Source: a virus
Virus record (IMG/VR): IMGVR_UViG_3300043777_000086
Span: 32,001 to 96,000 of that record
Strand: one strand, 5' to 3'
Length of the DNA stretch: 64,000 nt
Shown: positions 29,168 to 37,968 of the stretch, in pieces
Numbering within the stretch: position 1 is the first letter of the stretch
Layout of the letters: each line of letters begins with the position of its first letter
Made by a program: the position numbers and the translations under genes
The notes under the pieces: model-generated
Databases searched by the model: none
What the model was told of the DNA's origin: nothing
The model's input: only the letters and a program-made list of their open reading frames with translations

Positions 29168-29289
29168 GATCGCCACTGAATCGCCAGCCAACCAGCCGCC
29201 CCAAGAAGTGCCAGCAATGCAAATACAATCCAGCATGCCAGCCAGAAGCGCTGTACGTCGTTAGGGGTGTGCGGGGATTGGTGGGTCAT
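29164..29289 (-). CDS. 41-aa single-TM micropeptide
   Basis: MTHQSPHTPNDVQRFWLACWIVFALLALLGAAGWLAIQWRS; TAATG and ATGA overlaps on both sides. Confidence 0.7.
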   Translation of the reverse strand: MTHQSPHTPNDVQRFWLACWIVFALLALLGAAGWLAIQWRS

Positions 29290-29693
29290 TAGGCCACGCT
29301 TTCGTTCAATAGGTTATCGGACGCCCATTCACGCATCCGCAACCAACGGTGCTCTGGTGTCTCAGGGCCGCCCTCATCATTCTGATAAGCGATCTCCATC
29401 GCGAGCTGTCGCGCGATATCGAATACCGCAGCAACCTGCTCGGGTTCCTCTGGGTCGATCTCCTGCATTTTTATGCCACGCATCCGACCGACAGCACCGA
29501 GAGCGCAAACTTGACCGTCTGGGGTTTCCAATTCCGAAGATACGAGAGCCTTTTCGGGCATTAGATCGAGCGCAGCAACCATATCAGCGAGTAGTTTTTG
29601 GCCGCGCTTGCCACGAATAGCGCTCGCAACTTGGCCGCGCCATTTAATAAGATCCCATTGGTCAAGATCTTCAGAATATCCCGATCTGCTCAT
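29289..29693 (-). CDS. Conserved phage hypothetical protein
   Basis: MSRSGYS.D...WRGQVASAIRGKRGQ...CALG...EIAYQND...RW..MR.W; AGGAG RBS. Confidence 0.8.
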   Translation of the reverse strand: MSRSGYSEDLDQWDLIKWRGQVASAIRGKRGQKLLADMVAALDLMPEKALVSSELETPDGQVCALGAVGRMRGIKMQEIDPEEPEQVAAVFDIARQLAMEIAYQNDEGGPETPEHRWLRMREWASDNLLNESVA

Positions 29694-29788
29694 GGACACA
29701 CTCCTATTTCATAGCAGAACCATCTCACGGGCACGTCCCAGTCTTCTGCCACGTCACGGTAAGTGCAGGCAGAGCAATCGTCATTGAA

Positions 29789-30526
29789 TCAGTCATTGCA
29801 GACCACCTGCTGATCGCACAGCAGAGCGCTAGTCGATTCTAATACAGATCGTACGGCCTTCATGTCCAGCGCTCGGTCGTCTTCGGTACGCACCCGTCGC
29901 TCCATGTCGATCCAGTATGGTCGCGAGAACCCCTCCTCGAATAGCGCCTCAATTTTCTGCACCTGATTTACTACATTCTGTGGACCTAACCCACCAGCAT
30001 AGCCGCACCAGAAGGGCACGTTCCGTGAAGAAGGCCACTTATCAGGAAGAATCCCCGCGCCTCCCGACGTGTCGAATAGTGCCGCCACATCAAGGCCGTG
30101 TGCGTGGACGCCGAGCGATAGGTGGTTGTTGACGCCGTCCCACTGAAAAATAAACTGCTTGCCTGAAAGCGAGCGCAGGCAATCGATCAATCCCATCGTC
30201 GAAACGTGCTCCTCGGCGTGCGTGTTGATTTGAATGCGTTGCGAAATATGCACGCACTCGGGCAAATCCGGCCAGTTCAATTTCCCGACGAACATGTCCC
30301 GAACCCAACGCCCGCACACATGCGTCGAAACTTTGAGTTTTTTCGCAAACGCAACGGTAGAAAATCGATCGATCCAGTCACGGCCCGGAAAGCGCGGAGA
30401 ACCCTCCAGTCGCTGCGACACCAGAATGCCCCACTCCACAAATGGAAACTGATGAGCCAAATCAACCAGCTCGATTATGCTCGTGCTGTCATCGGCTCCA
30501 GTAATCGTAACCGCCTTCAGGTTCAT
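29789..30526 (-). CDS. Phage TIM-barrel protein (PRAI/TrpF-like)
   Basis: TITGADD, EWGIL, LFDTSGGAG, GYAGGLGP.N, WIDME. Confidence 0.75.
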   Translation of the reverse strand: MNLKAVTITGADDSTSIIELVDLAHQFPFVEWGILVSQRLEGSPRFPGRDWIDRFSTVAFAKKLKVSTHVCGRWVRDMFVGKLNWPDLPECVHISQRIQINTHAEEHVSTMGLIDCLRSLSGKQFIFQWDGVNNHLSLGVHAHGLDVAALFDTSGGAGILPDKWPSSRNVPFWCGYAGGLGPQNVVNQVQKIEALFEEGFSRPYWIDMERRVRTEDDRALDMKAVRSVLESTSALLCDQQVVCND

Positions 30527-30544
30527 GTTATTCTACCTTTCTCG

Positions 30545-32695
30545 TTATGGGCACTTCACCGCTTGCCACGATGGCGTGGTCACAATCGTAAGCACCAGTG
30601 GTTTCCCGTTCGGACCAGCAGGGAAGGTCTGCGTCGTAGTCACGGCCTTGCCGGGGCAGGTCTGGTAGGTGGTTGTTGCCGGCGTAAGCGTAACCGTCGC
30701 GCTCGCGGAGACACCCGACACCGTGGCCGTAATCAAGGCCGAAGATGCTGTCGGGATGCTCGCAGGGGCCGTGTACAGCCCCGAGCTTGAGATTGCGCCG
30801 ATGTTGGCGCTCCACGTCGCGCCCGATGGCGTCGCCGTGAACTGCTGCGTTTGACTGGCGCTCAAGGTTGCCGTGGAGGGCGAGATCGTCACGGTAACGG
30901 GCGTAGGCGGCGTCAGGCTGATCGTGGCCGTCGCGCTCACACCAGACGCTATCGCCGTGATCGTCGCGGTGCTGGCGCTGGTGATCGACGCGGGCGCGGT
31001 ATACAGTCCGGTCGCGGAGATTGTCCCTGTAGACGCGCTCCAAGTCACGGCGGTGCCACTCGGCGTCACTGTGGCCGTGAACTGCTGAGTCCCACCCTGC
31101 CCAAGCGTGGCGCTCGTCGGCGAGATTGTAATGCTCACAGTCGGCGGCGGGGTTGCTCCTCCGAGGTTCGCGCCGATGCCCGCAAGCGCGGTATTGCCCA
31201 CAGGAAATGTCGTCAGGTTGCCGAACGTCGGGTTCAGGTTTGTGCTGCCCGTCAGGTTCTTGACTGCGGTCGGAACTCCCGCGCCGAAGAAATTGTTCGC
31301 GGCCCCGCTTACTGTACTACTGGTGGTCGTGATATCCGAGCCCGATCCGCTGCTCAAGATCTGCATGTACGGCGTCGTGCCATCCAGAATGTTCGATCCG
31401 AAATTGACCGTCCCTACGCCGCTTTCCGGGTAGTAAAGGAACTCGGGCGCTCCCCCCAAGGCTCCGTTATTGTAGAGCGTGTTGTTTTTGAATGTCGCCG
31501 CCCCGTTGCCGGTCACGGACCACGTCTGCAAATACACGCCCGCGAATGCCCCGCCATCAGGAGGTTGAGGACCTTGGCCGGTGTTATAGACCACGTTATT
31601 GTATATCTGCACTCCGGTCCCCCTGGACGCGTCCATATTCACGTAGACAATGCCGTCGCAGGCCGTGTCGTGGATGATGTTGTTCGCGATGATGACCGAA
31701 TACGAGGTATCCCCGCTTACCGATGAATTTTGCTGAAAACCTCGACATCCGTTAACGTACGCAATTGTGTTCCACTCGAAGTCAAACGAAAAACTTTCGT
31801 CACCCAGGTAAAAGCCTTGCTGAAGAGCCGTAACGCTGCCTGCCGCGAGGTTCGTGCTGACGTTGTGGAGATTATTGCCATACCAGGTCGTGTTTGTCGC
31901 ATTGAAGTTGCTTGCTCCTCCCTGCTCTCCGTTGGCGTAGGTCGCGGAGATGTTATTGCCAATGATCCGAATCCGCTGCGCTCCGTTCGGCCCCCAGCCC
32001 TGAATCCCTATGGCTTCGCTGCCACCACCAAGTAGCGTCAGACCGCCAATGACCCAGTCTGTAACCGGCGTCGAAGCGCTGCCGGAAATATTCATCAGGC
32101 TAAGCGCCCCATGCCCGCACGCTGGATTGGCAACGTCTGTTCCGATAGTCACTGTCGCATTGGGATAAGCCAAGAGTGCTTTCGGCGCAGCCTGCGTGCC
32201 CGACAGGTTCTGATTTATCTGGACGCAGTTATCGTATCCTCCGATGGCGTTAGGGTCTGGCGTCGTCGCGGTGACGTTGTTCTCGGCATAGATAATGTCA
32301 CCAGGCGAGATCGAGTTAGTGGCGTGAGGGATCGTCGCCCACGGCGCAGCTAGCGTCCCAGCATTTGCATCACTTCCGCTTGTCGCTACAAAACGAAGGT
32401 TCCCAGCGCGTACCGTGAATGGAATGACATTCTGCGTCCCGGCCTGAAGTCCAATCTGGATTGACGCTACGCCCATAGGTATACTCGCCGGAACCTGAAA
32501 GGTGACCTTCGTCGGCGTCCACGTCTGACTCGCGGCTGTGATGCCCGCGATGCTGACCGCGCCTGTCGTTGATCCGAATCCTGTTCCGTAGACGCTCACG
32601 TAGGCGAGCGCGGGTCCACTGGTTATGTCGGTAAATTGAATGGTTTGGGCGAGCGCGGCGGTCGCGAACAATCCGATAAGTAAAAACCGTCTCAT
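30545..32695 (-). CDS. Secreted IPT/TIG + right-handed beta-helix + two Ig-like (Big_2) protein; candidate depolymerase/adhesin
   Basis: MRRFLLIGLFATAALA|Q; VYGTGFG; FVATSGSD.N.GT..APWATI; NNxxYN repeats; two ISPxxATL...TQQFTAT...W...G.Y.AP. Confidence 0.85.
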   Translation of the reverse strand: MRRFLLIGLFATAALAQTIQFTDITSGPALAYVSVYGTGFGSTTGAVSIAGITAASQTWTPTKVTFQVPASIPMGVASIQIGLQAGTQNVIPFTVRAGNLRFVATSGSDANAGTLAAPWATIPHATNSISPGDIIYAENNVTATTPDPNAIGGYDNCVQINQNLSGTQAAPKALLAYPNATVTIGTDVANPACGHGALSLMNISGSASTPVTDWVIGGLTLLGGGSEAIGIQGWGPNGAQRIRIIGNNISATYANGEQGGASNFNATNTTWYGNNLHNVSTNLAAGSVTALQQGFYLGDESFSFDFEWNTIAYVNGCRGFQQNSSVSGDTSYSVIIANNIIHDTACDGIVYVNMDASRGTGVQIYNNVVYNTGQGPQPPDGGAFAGVYLQTWSVTGNGAATFKNNTLYNNGALGGAPEFLYYPESGVGTVNFGSNILDGTTPYMQILSSGSGSDITTTSSTVSGAANNFFGAGVPTAVKNLTGSTNLNPTFGNLTTFPVGNTALAGIGANLGGATPPPTVSITISPTSATLGQGGTQQFTATVTPSGTAVTWSASTGTISATGLYTAPASITSASTATITAIASGVSATATISLTPPTPVTVTISPSTATLSASQTQQFTATPSGATWSANIGAISSSGLYTAPASIPTASSALITATVSGVSASATVTLTPATTTYQTCPGKAVTTTQTFPAGPNGKPLVLTIVTTPSWQAVKCP

Positions 32696-33255
32696 GCAAG
32701 CACCTCCAGGCGCAGTTTCCGCTTAATCTCCTGCTGAATTTCCCAGTCTCTCCGCAGGCAGCCGAATAGCAGTTCGTCTATTACTTCTCCGTCAATGACA
32801 AATCTAGACTTGAGCGTCCCCTCAAGGGTCATCTCGTCCTGCATATGGACTGATGCCGGGTTACTCGACAGCGCCGATGATTCGACCCGTCTAGCATCAA
32901 GTTCCTCGAAGCATTTACGCGTGAGCATCCGCGCGGCTACGGAGCCTAATCTCTGCCCTCGATACAATTCCAGAAGGGCAAGCTCAATGAAGCATACGTT
33001 ATTCGCTAGATCCTCTTCTATAACAGCCACGCCGATTGACGCCGTCTGACCTAGGCGTATCACGAATTTATGCAGTCGGAACCCTGGCTGGTGACATAGA
33101 TGGTCTCCGAACATTCGGAATCTGGTAATAGAGGATTCGATGTTACCGAAGCGCTTCTCATATCCAGGTTCGGATGTGAGTACCTTCCAAATGTCATTGT
33201 ACCGACGACGGTATTCAAGCGCTGGAGCGAGCGTGACTAATTGAGTCCCGATCAT
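32692..33255 (-). CDS. RimJ/RimL-family GNAT acetyltransferase
   Basis: YRGQRLGS motif A, FEEL...RV, N.AS, EG.L, D..LFG.L..DW; start ATG 33255. Confidence 0.85.
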   Translation of the reverse strand: MIGTQLVTLAPALEYRRRYNDIWKVLTSEPGYEKRFGNIESSITRFRMFGDHLCHQPGFRLHKFVIRLGQTASIGVAVIEEDLANNVCFIELALLELYRGQRLGSVAARMLTRKCFEELDARRVESSALSSNPASVHMQDEMTLEGTLKSRFVIDGEVIDELLFGCLRRDWEIQQEIKRKLRLEVLA

Positions 33256-33383
33256 CGTGGTGATGGCGTGATGACAAATAAAATCACAGCTAGCGCGGCG
33301 ATGATTAGTAAGACCGGGACCACTAGAAATGGCCACACGCTGCCATCTCCGCCCCCGCCACCTCCCCTATGTCGGTGAGCCAC
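33252..33383 (-). CDS. 43-aa single-TM micropeptide
   Basis: MAHRHRGGGGGGDGSVWPFLVVPVLLIIAALAVILFVITPSPR; overlaps both neighbours. Confidence 0.6.
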   Translation of the reverse strand: MAHRHRGGGGGGDGSVWPFLVVPVLLIIAALAVILFVITPSPR

Positions 33384-33808
33384 TATTTGATCCTCACACA
33401 CGCCCCCAACTGCCCCGCAAGAGCAGCCGGTGGTTTGAAACCTTTTTCGTGATGCGCCAGCAAAGCCTTTGCGGACGCGGGAGTCAGATTAGGCGCTGAC
33501 GTAAACTCCGCAACACATCCCGCGCCTTTGTAGCCTGTTTTGGGATCTGCTCCGTGAAGGACAAGCCAATACCACTTGCTCCCCGTGTAGGCGTAACCCT
33601 CGACGCGAGTAGGTGGGATGGAGATCTGAGTAGACAGCGTATTGATCTCCACGGGATCGCGGCCCAACGTGAACAGCACGACATTGTAACCGACGTTCGG
33701 AACTGTCGTTGTGACTCGGAGTGTGAACCCAGCAGGATTCGCGTTTGAGATCGTCAGGCTCTGCGCCGAAGCGAGCGCCGCGAAAAGAATGAATGCAAGC
33801 GTTTTCAT
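33383..33808 (-). CDS. Secreted hypothetical protein
   Basis: MKTLAFILFAALASA|Q; two Cys. Confidence 0.75.
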   Translation of the reverse strand: MKTLAFILFAALASAQSLTISNANPAGFTLRVTTTVPNVGYNVVLFTLGRDPVEINTLSTQISIPPTRVEGYAYTGSKWYWLVLHGADPKTGYKGAGCVAEFTSAPNLTPASAKALLAHHEKGFKPPAALAGQLGACVRIK

Positions 33809-34059
33809 GCTGCCTCCCGATGCCTACGTAGTTTATTGTCGGTCAGTCTGCGCTGCAAGTCCGCGATTAGCACTCGCGCCGAATGTAGTTCGATATCGAC
33901 CTCGCCGAGTACCCGCCTCAACATAGCCTGATTTGCCAACAGGTCGTTCACGCGCAGGGCGGTGGCATCCATTTGCCCCTGGAGCATCTCCCTTGTTCGT
34001 GCGTACGCCTCACGGACAGTAAGGCTCTCTTCAATTTTTTTTCGCTTGGTCGTCTTCAT
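33805..34059 (-). CDS. Coiled-coil hypothetical protein
   Basis: Start MKTTKRKK after GGAGG. Confidence 0.6.
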   Translation of the reverse strand: MKTTKRKKIEESLTVREAYARTREMLQGQMDATALRVNDLLANQAMLRRVLGEVDIELHSARVLIADLQRRLTDNKLRRHREAA

Positions 34060-34235
34060 CGTCGTCCTCCCCAAATCCTCCGCGATCCCCAATACCACTC
34101 AACGATGGGCGGATCAAACTCCACCCCATCTTCAGCACACAATTCGCTTCTGTGTGGAAGGTAGCGCTCCACGATGAGTAAGTGGAAGGTTTCGCGCCAG
34201 CCGAGTTGTTGAACTGCTATGAGAAAGGTTTTCAT
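34056..34235 (-). CDS. Hypothetical protein
   Basis: ATGA-coupled both sides. Confidence 0.5.
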   Translation of the reverse strand: MKTFLIAVQQLGWRETFHLLIVERYLPHRSELCAEDGVEFDPPIVEWYWGSRRIWGGRR

Positions 34236-34585
34236 TTGAACATATCCTCTATATCCCACGCTGCCGCGACCGCTTCATCCTGCACTAGCGACAGACTATG
34301 CACGGCACCATTTCCATCCACCCGCTCAATCTTTGCGAACTGCCTACCATCAGGGCCGGAACCTTCTGGATAGGTGAACTGGCTGACATACACTCCCTCG
34401 GGGCGCGGGTCGGCTTTAGCAGGAGGTAGGTGCCGGAATTGATCCGCGACGAAGGCCACCTGCTCCGGGTCGAGCTTGATCTCTGCCGGCGCCGGTCCGT
34501 GCTTGATGACGAACACCATCGGCACGCCGTTTTCAACCTCGACGCCGACATCTATATCCGCGCCATTGATCTTTGCGTTAGGCAT
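34232..34585 (-). CDS. Hypothetical protein
   Basis: 117 aa acidic ORF in coupled operon. Confidence 0.6.
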   Translation of the reverse strand: MPNAKINGADIDVGVEVENGVPMVFVIKHGPAPAEIKLDPEQVAFVADQFRHLPPAKADPRPEGVYVSQFTYPEGSGPDGRQFAKIERVDGNGAVHSLSLVQDEAVAAAWDIEDMFK

Positions 34586-34793
34586 TGGCCCTCACCCACA
34601 ATTCCACTTCCTGCTTAGCCTCTTCCTGCGTCTGATGCAGTCCAAGCGTGGAATCCTCCCAGTCCTCAAGCATCCCATACGCCCACCAGCCGCGACCGAA
34701 GGAGTCCTGGGCCACACTGCCGACGATGGCCCCGTCAAGCACCAGTAGATCATGTCGCCAGTGGAGTTTGAATTGTGCTTCAGCTTTCGGCAT
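34578..34793 (-). CDS. Hypothetical protein
   Basis: Start MPKAEA after AGGAGG; ends EEAKQEVE.W. Confidence 0.6.
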   Translation of the reverse strand: MPKAEAQFKLHWRHDLLVLDGAIVGSVAQDSFGRGWWAYGMLEDWEDSTLGLHQTQEEAKQEVELWVRANA

Positions 34794-34860
34794 CCCCGCA
34801 CTCCCTCCTTCGCCAGTCCCAGTACTGCTCTTCGGTAAGGTCTTCGTCATCGGTGGTCAT
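34780..34860 (-). CDS. 26-aa acidic micropeptide
   Basis: MTTDDEDLTEEQYWDWRRRECGDAES; ATGA overlap with upstream stop. Confidence 0.35.
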   Translation of the reverse strand: MTTDDEDLTEEQYWDWRRRECGDAES

Positions 34861-35558
34861 AGGCTGCATACTCGGCATATCTCCCCCTGTTTACCATCTC
34901 CGCGAATCGGCCTGCCGCGCTCAAACTCTGCCGCGAGTTCCGCAAGCGACGACGGCCATGTATCGCGACCGGGCGAGCGAAAGGTATGCCCCATCCTAGC
35001 TTCTTGCGCCACTGCGTCGGCGTAAATTTCTGGATAATCGCGCCACAGATCACGCCATTCGCTTAGGCGCTGGTGGTAGCAACGCGCACAGTCCGTCCGC
35101 TTCGGGATTGTAATGCCGCGCTCCGCAAGATAAGACCTAACTTCCGTGATGCCCCATCCCCATTCGCGGAACGGGAATCGCGACTGAACCAATTCTCCAT
35201 AAATACCTTCGCGCTCCTCTTCATCCGCCCGTAATCCGACGTGGTTTATAACCGGGGCATTGCGAACACACCACGCGATAGTAGGCTCGATTTTAAGTTG
35301 CCGCGTACACCACCGTTGCCTGAAGTTTGGTAGGGCGCTGTGAATCTGAATCAGACCATTGAGAGTTTGAGCCGATACGCGTATAAACGACTTCCCGAGC
35401 AAGCGCTCCAGATTGGACCAGTGCTCCAGCATCGGCGGCAATTCATCCCCAGTCGGCGTGATGAGATATTCCCAGTCAGTTTCCGGCTCAACCTCGCGAA
35501 GTCGCAGTGCGAGCGCCACAGAATCTTTCCCGCCGCTGACGCCGACGATATGTCTCAC
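34857..35558 (-). CDS. PAPS-reductase-family (PP-loop) protein
   Basis: VSGGKDS, TGDE, RWCTRQLKIEP, GLRADE, RTDCARC, terminal CRVC; GTG 35558 after GGAGGTGA. Confidence 0.88.
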   Translation of the reverse strand: MRHIVGVSGGKDSVALALRLREVEPETDWEYLITPTGDELPPMLEHWSNLERLLGKSFIRVSAQTLNGLIQIHSALPNFRQRWCTRQLKIEPTIAWCVRNAPVINHVGLRADEEEREGIYGELVQSRFPFREWGWGITEVRSYLAERGITIPKRTDCARCYHQRLSEWRDLWRDYPEIYADAVAQEARMGHTFRSPGRDTWPSSLAELAAEFERGRPIRGDGKQGEICRVCSL

Positions 35559-36208
35559 GGCCTCACCTCCCACTGATTTGCCGGTGGAGTAATCCACGCT
35601 TCCCAGTCCTGCTTAGGCACAACAGGTAACGTTGCAGGCTGATTCACAAGCGGATCTATCCGTCGCATTGGAATTGACGCAGGCGCTTTCCCGAACGCCG
35701 CGAGTGCCGTGTAGTCCGCGCACTGTCCAGCCCCGAGAGCAATGATGGCCGGTGGGGGATTGTCGATCGCGTACTTGGGAATGTTTTTTGAGAACAGCGC
35801 TTGCGCGGCAGGGATCAGCAAGCCGCCTGCCGTGATGATCGGCCCCAGTTCGCTGGGGCTCTTGTGTAGCGTGTTTTCGATCGTCACACCTAGGCCGATC
35901 GCCGCGCCGCCGTATCCGAGTACCTGAGTCGCGCGATACGCAAAGGAATGATCGACTCGCGCGTTTAAGATTGCCGTTGACTGCGAGAATGTGTAGAAAT
36001 TCACCTCAGGAAAGTTCGATTCCACCAAGGCCCACGGGATCGGTATGGGAGTTGGGCCGATGGCGCAGACCCTCAGATTCCAAGCGTAGGCTGACAGGCC
36101 CTTGCCGAGCAGCGGAGCGGTACCCGCTGAACTCATGAGGTTCATGCTTACGGTGATCTGCGCCGTGAGCGGCAGGCAGAGGATTCCAAGATGGAGCGCT
36201 AGTTTCAT
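35555..36208 (-). CDS. Secreted hypothetical protein
   Basis: MKLALHLGILCLPLTA|Q; internal hydrophobic hairpin. Confidence 0.7.
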   Translation of the reverse strand: MKLALHLGILCLPLTAQITVSMNLMSSAGTAPLLGKGLSAYAWNLRVCAIGPTPIPIPWALVESNFPEVNFYTFSQSTAILNARVDHSFAYRATQVLGYGGAAIGLGVTIENTLHKSPSELGPIITAGGLLIPAAQALFSKNIPKYAIDNPPPAIIALGAGQCADYTALAAFGKAPASIPMRRIDPLVNQPATLPVVPKQDWEAWITPPANQWEVRP

Positions 36209-36720
36209 TTGGGCTTAGGCAGGCATCGCGCTAGTTCCAAGCGCCGCGCGTCCGCTTGTCTCCGTTCCTCTTCGCGGCGTGCCGCCTCCGTCTCCGCTTG
36301 ATTGTGCCCCGCTGCTTTCTCTCTTGAGACCCGCTCTATGTCGTCGTACTCGCGGCGATACGTGTCCAGCCAGTGATTGTAAGCAGCCTGAACCTTGGCG
36401 TCCTTTATTGCTGCCGTGAAGTCCTCCATTTTATGCAGACGCTCACGGGCGTAACCGAGCTGCGCAGCATTTGGTGTGTAGCTCCCATCAAAGTAAGTCA
36501 GGTGAGGGAACAGCACGTCCAGCGCGGCGTTGCTGAGATCCTCATCCGAGAACGGCTTATTGTCGCAGAGGATCGGCTCATCAGGCTTGGGTGTCATCGT
36601 CGCGACAACCTTGCTAGCAACCGAAGTCGTACCGCTAGACAAAGCGTGTGGGCCTTCCTGGTGCGTGGGCTTGCATCCGCAGAGCACCAGCGAGAGCGCG
36701 AGGATCAGAAGGCGGGTCAC
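36205..36720 (-). CDS. Lipoprotein
   Basis: MTRLLILALSLVLCG|C lipobox; helical C-terminus; GGAGG RBS. Confidence 0.75.
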   Translation of the reverse strand: MTRLLILALSLVLCGCKPTHQEGPHALSSGTTSVASKVVATMTPKPDEPILCDNKPFSDEDLSNAALDVLFPHLTYFDGSYTPNAAQLGYARERLHKMEDFTAAIKDAKVQAAYNHWLDTYRREYDDIERVSREKAAGHNQAETEAARREEERRQADARRLELARCLPKPK

Positions 36721-37424
36721 TTTCCCTCCGGTAGAGGTCCTAACCAAAAATACGACGGCGCTCCGAACAGCCCGGTCCCGTAATCAAGGAACGTGTAGGC
36801 TGGATTTCCAGGGCACGGCGTTCCATTCGGCAGCACCACGCCCTTCTCTACCGCGTACACACCCTGCACAGGTCCAGCGATCCCCATCTCGGTGGTGGTC
36901 GCTTCAAAGGCCCCGATGAGCTGCGGGGTCACTGGGGTCGGGGGAGCAACGGGCGCGAATGGCTTATAGCTCGAGTCCGCTACGCTCGATATGAAGGCGC
37001 CTACCGGAGGGTTCAAGGGAGGATAGGTGAGCATCCCTGGAACCGCGTCGCCTGGGGGCGCGTACGGATTTGGAGTCCCCGCGGGGAGTGTCCATTCGTA
37101 TCCGTCCTGAATGCGAAAGAATTCTACCGCGGTCGGCGTCTGATCTCCGATCCCCACAATTTGTAGATCAACCGAGAACCCTTTAGCGGCTAGCGAAAGG
37201 GCGGCCTCCTCGCGTAACGTACCGGCAGGCATATCGAAGACCGCCCGAACTTTTGGCGATAGCCACTCCCTGTATGCCTTGTCGATATTCTGAACCGGAT
37301 ACGAAACTCCGAGGTTGTTCCCGTTCGAGTCTCGGCCGGCCCATTGCCCTTGAGCGTTCCAGGGCGATATGACGACGTTCGGCAGCGTGAGGGTGCCGGT
37401 GGTGATGGTACCTGTGGGTGACAT
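36717..37424 (-). CDS. Pro-rich hypothetical protein
   Basis: Start ATG 37424 after AGGAG; first gene of accessory operon. Confidence 0.65.
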   Translation of the reverse strand: MSPTGTITTGTLTLPNVVISPWNAQGQWAGRDSNGNNLGVSYPVQNIDKAYREWLSPKVRAVFDMPAGTLREEAALSLAAKGFSVDLQIVGIGDQTPTAVEFFRIQDGYEWTLPAGTPNPYAPPGDAVPGMLTYPPLNPPVGAFISSVADSSYKPFAPVAPPTPVTPQLIGAFEATTTEMGIAGPVQGVYAVEKGVVLPNGTPCPGNPAYTFLDYGTGLFGAPSYFWLGPLPEGK

Positions 37425-37464
37425 TGGATCTCCTGGGTGCAGTATAGCCTTGTCCGAGTTCGGA

Positions 37465-37519
37465 CGCAAGATATTTTGTGCAGATAAATCTTGCGCGCTC
37501 GCGGAACCTGTGCGACTAT
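37465..37519 (+). promoter_or_regulatory. Divergent promoter with inverted repeat
   Basis: CGCAAGAT-N15-ATCTTGCG; TTGCGC-17-GACTAT (TG extension) 6 nt before GTG 37526. Confidence 0.55.
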
Positions 37520-37525
37520 TTCAAT

Positions 37526-37639
37526 GTGAAGACTAAACCACGCGGCAGGCCGGTACGCGTATCCTATTGTGTCCGCTGCGGAAAGAAGTGCCCGTCTGCT
37601 CGTGAAGCGCGGGAGCATTGCAGGAGAACACGGAAATGA
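37526..37639 (+). CDS. 37-aa AT-hook plus zinc-finger miniprotein
   Basis: MKTKPRGRPVRVSYCVRCGKKCPSAREAREHCRRTRK; ATGA overlap with next gene. Confidence 0.7.
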   Translation: MKTKPRGRPVRVSYCVRCGKKCPSAREAREHCRRTRK

Positions 37640-37953
37640 TGCCCGCTCCCAAGCTGAGCCGCTCTCAGCGTGCTGCCGACGTGGTGACGGAGTTCTGTGG
37701 GTCGTGGACGTTCATCATTGCGTTCTCGCTAATCACTTTCGGATGGATGGCGCTCAACACCGTAGTGGTGCTATTCCGCATCTTTGATCCCTATCCGTTT
37801 CTGCTGATGAATCTGTTTCTTACCGTCATCAGCACATTCCAAAGCCCGCTCATCATGATGAGTCAGAATAGGCAAATGGAGAGGGATCGGGACGCCGTGC
37901 AGGGACTACACGAAAAGCTGGATGAGTTGAAGAAACAATTGGAGCGCGGATGA
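37636..37953 (+). CDS. DUF1003-family membrane protein
   Basis: GSWTFII...W...N...FDPYPFLLMNL.L......QSPLIMMSQNRQ..RD; AGGAG RBS. Confidence 0.9.
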   Translation: MMPAPKLSRSQRAADVVTEFCGSWTFIIAFSLITFGWMALNTVVVLFRIFDPYPFLLMNLFLTVISTFQSPLIMMSQNRQMERDRDAVQGLHEKLDELKKQLERG

Positions 37954-37968
37954 TTCCAAGCCCTAGGC

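Noticed and set aside
26764-35558. cysC plus 'cysH' as an assimilatory sulfate-reduction pathway
   Set aside because: The PP-loop protein lacks the ECGLH tail, is in a different operon, and cysC is coupled to a sulfotransferase.
36205-36720. Lipoprotein as o-spanin
   Set aside because: No adjacent or overlapping i-spanin, larger than typical, and far from the holin cluster.
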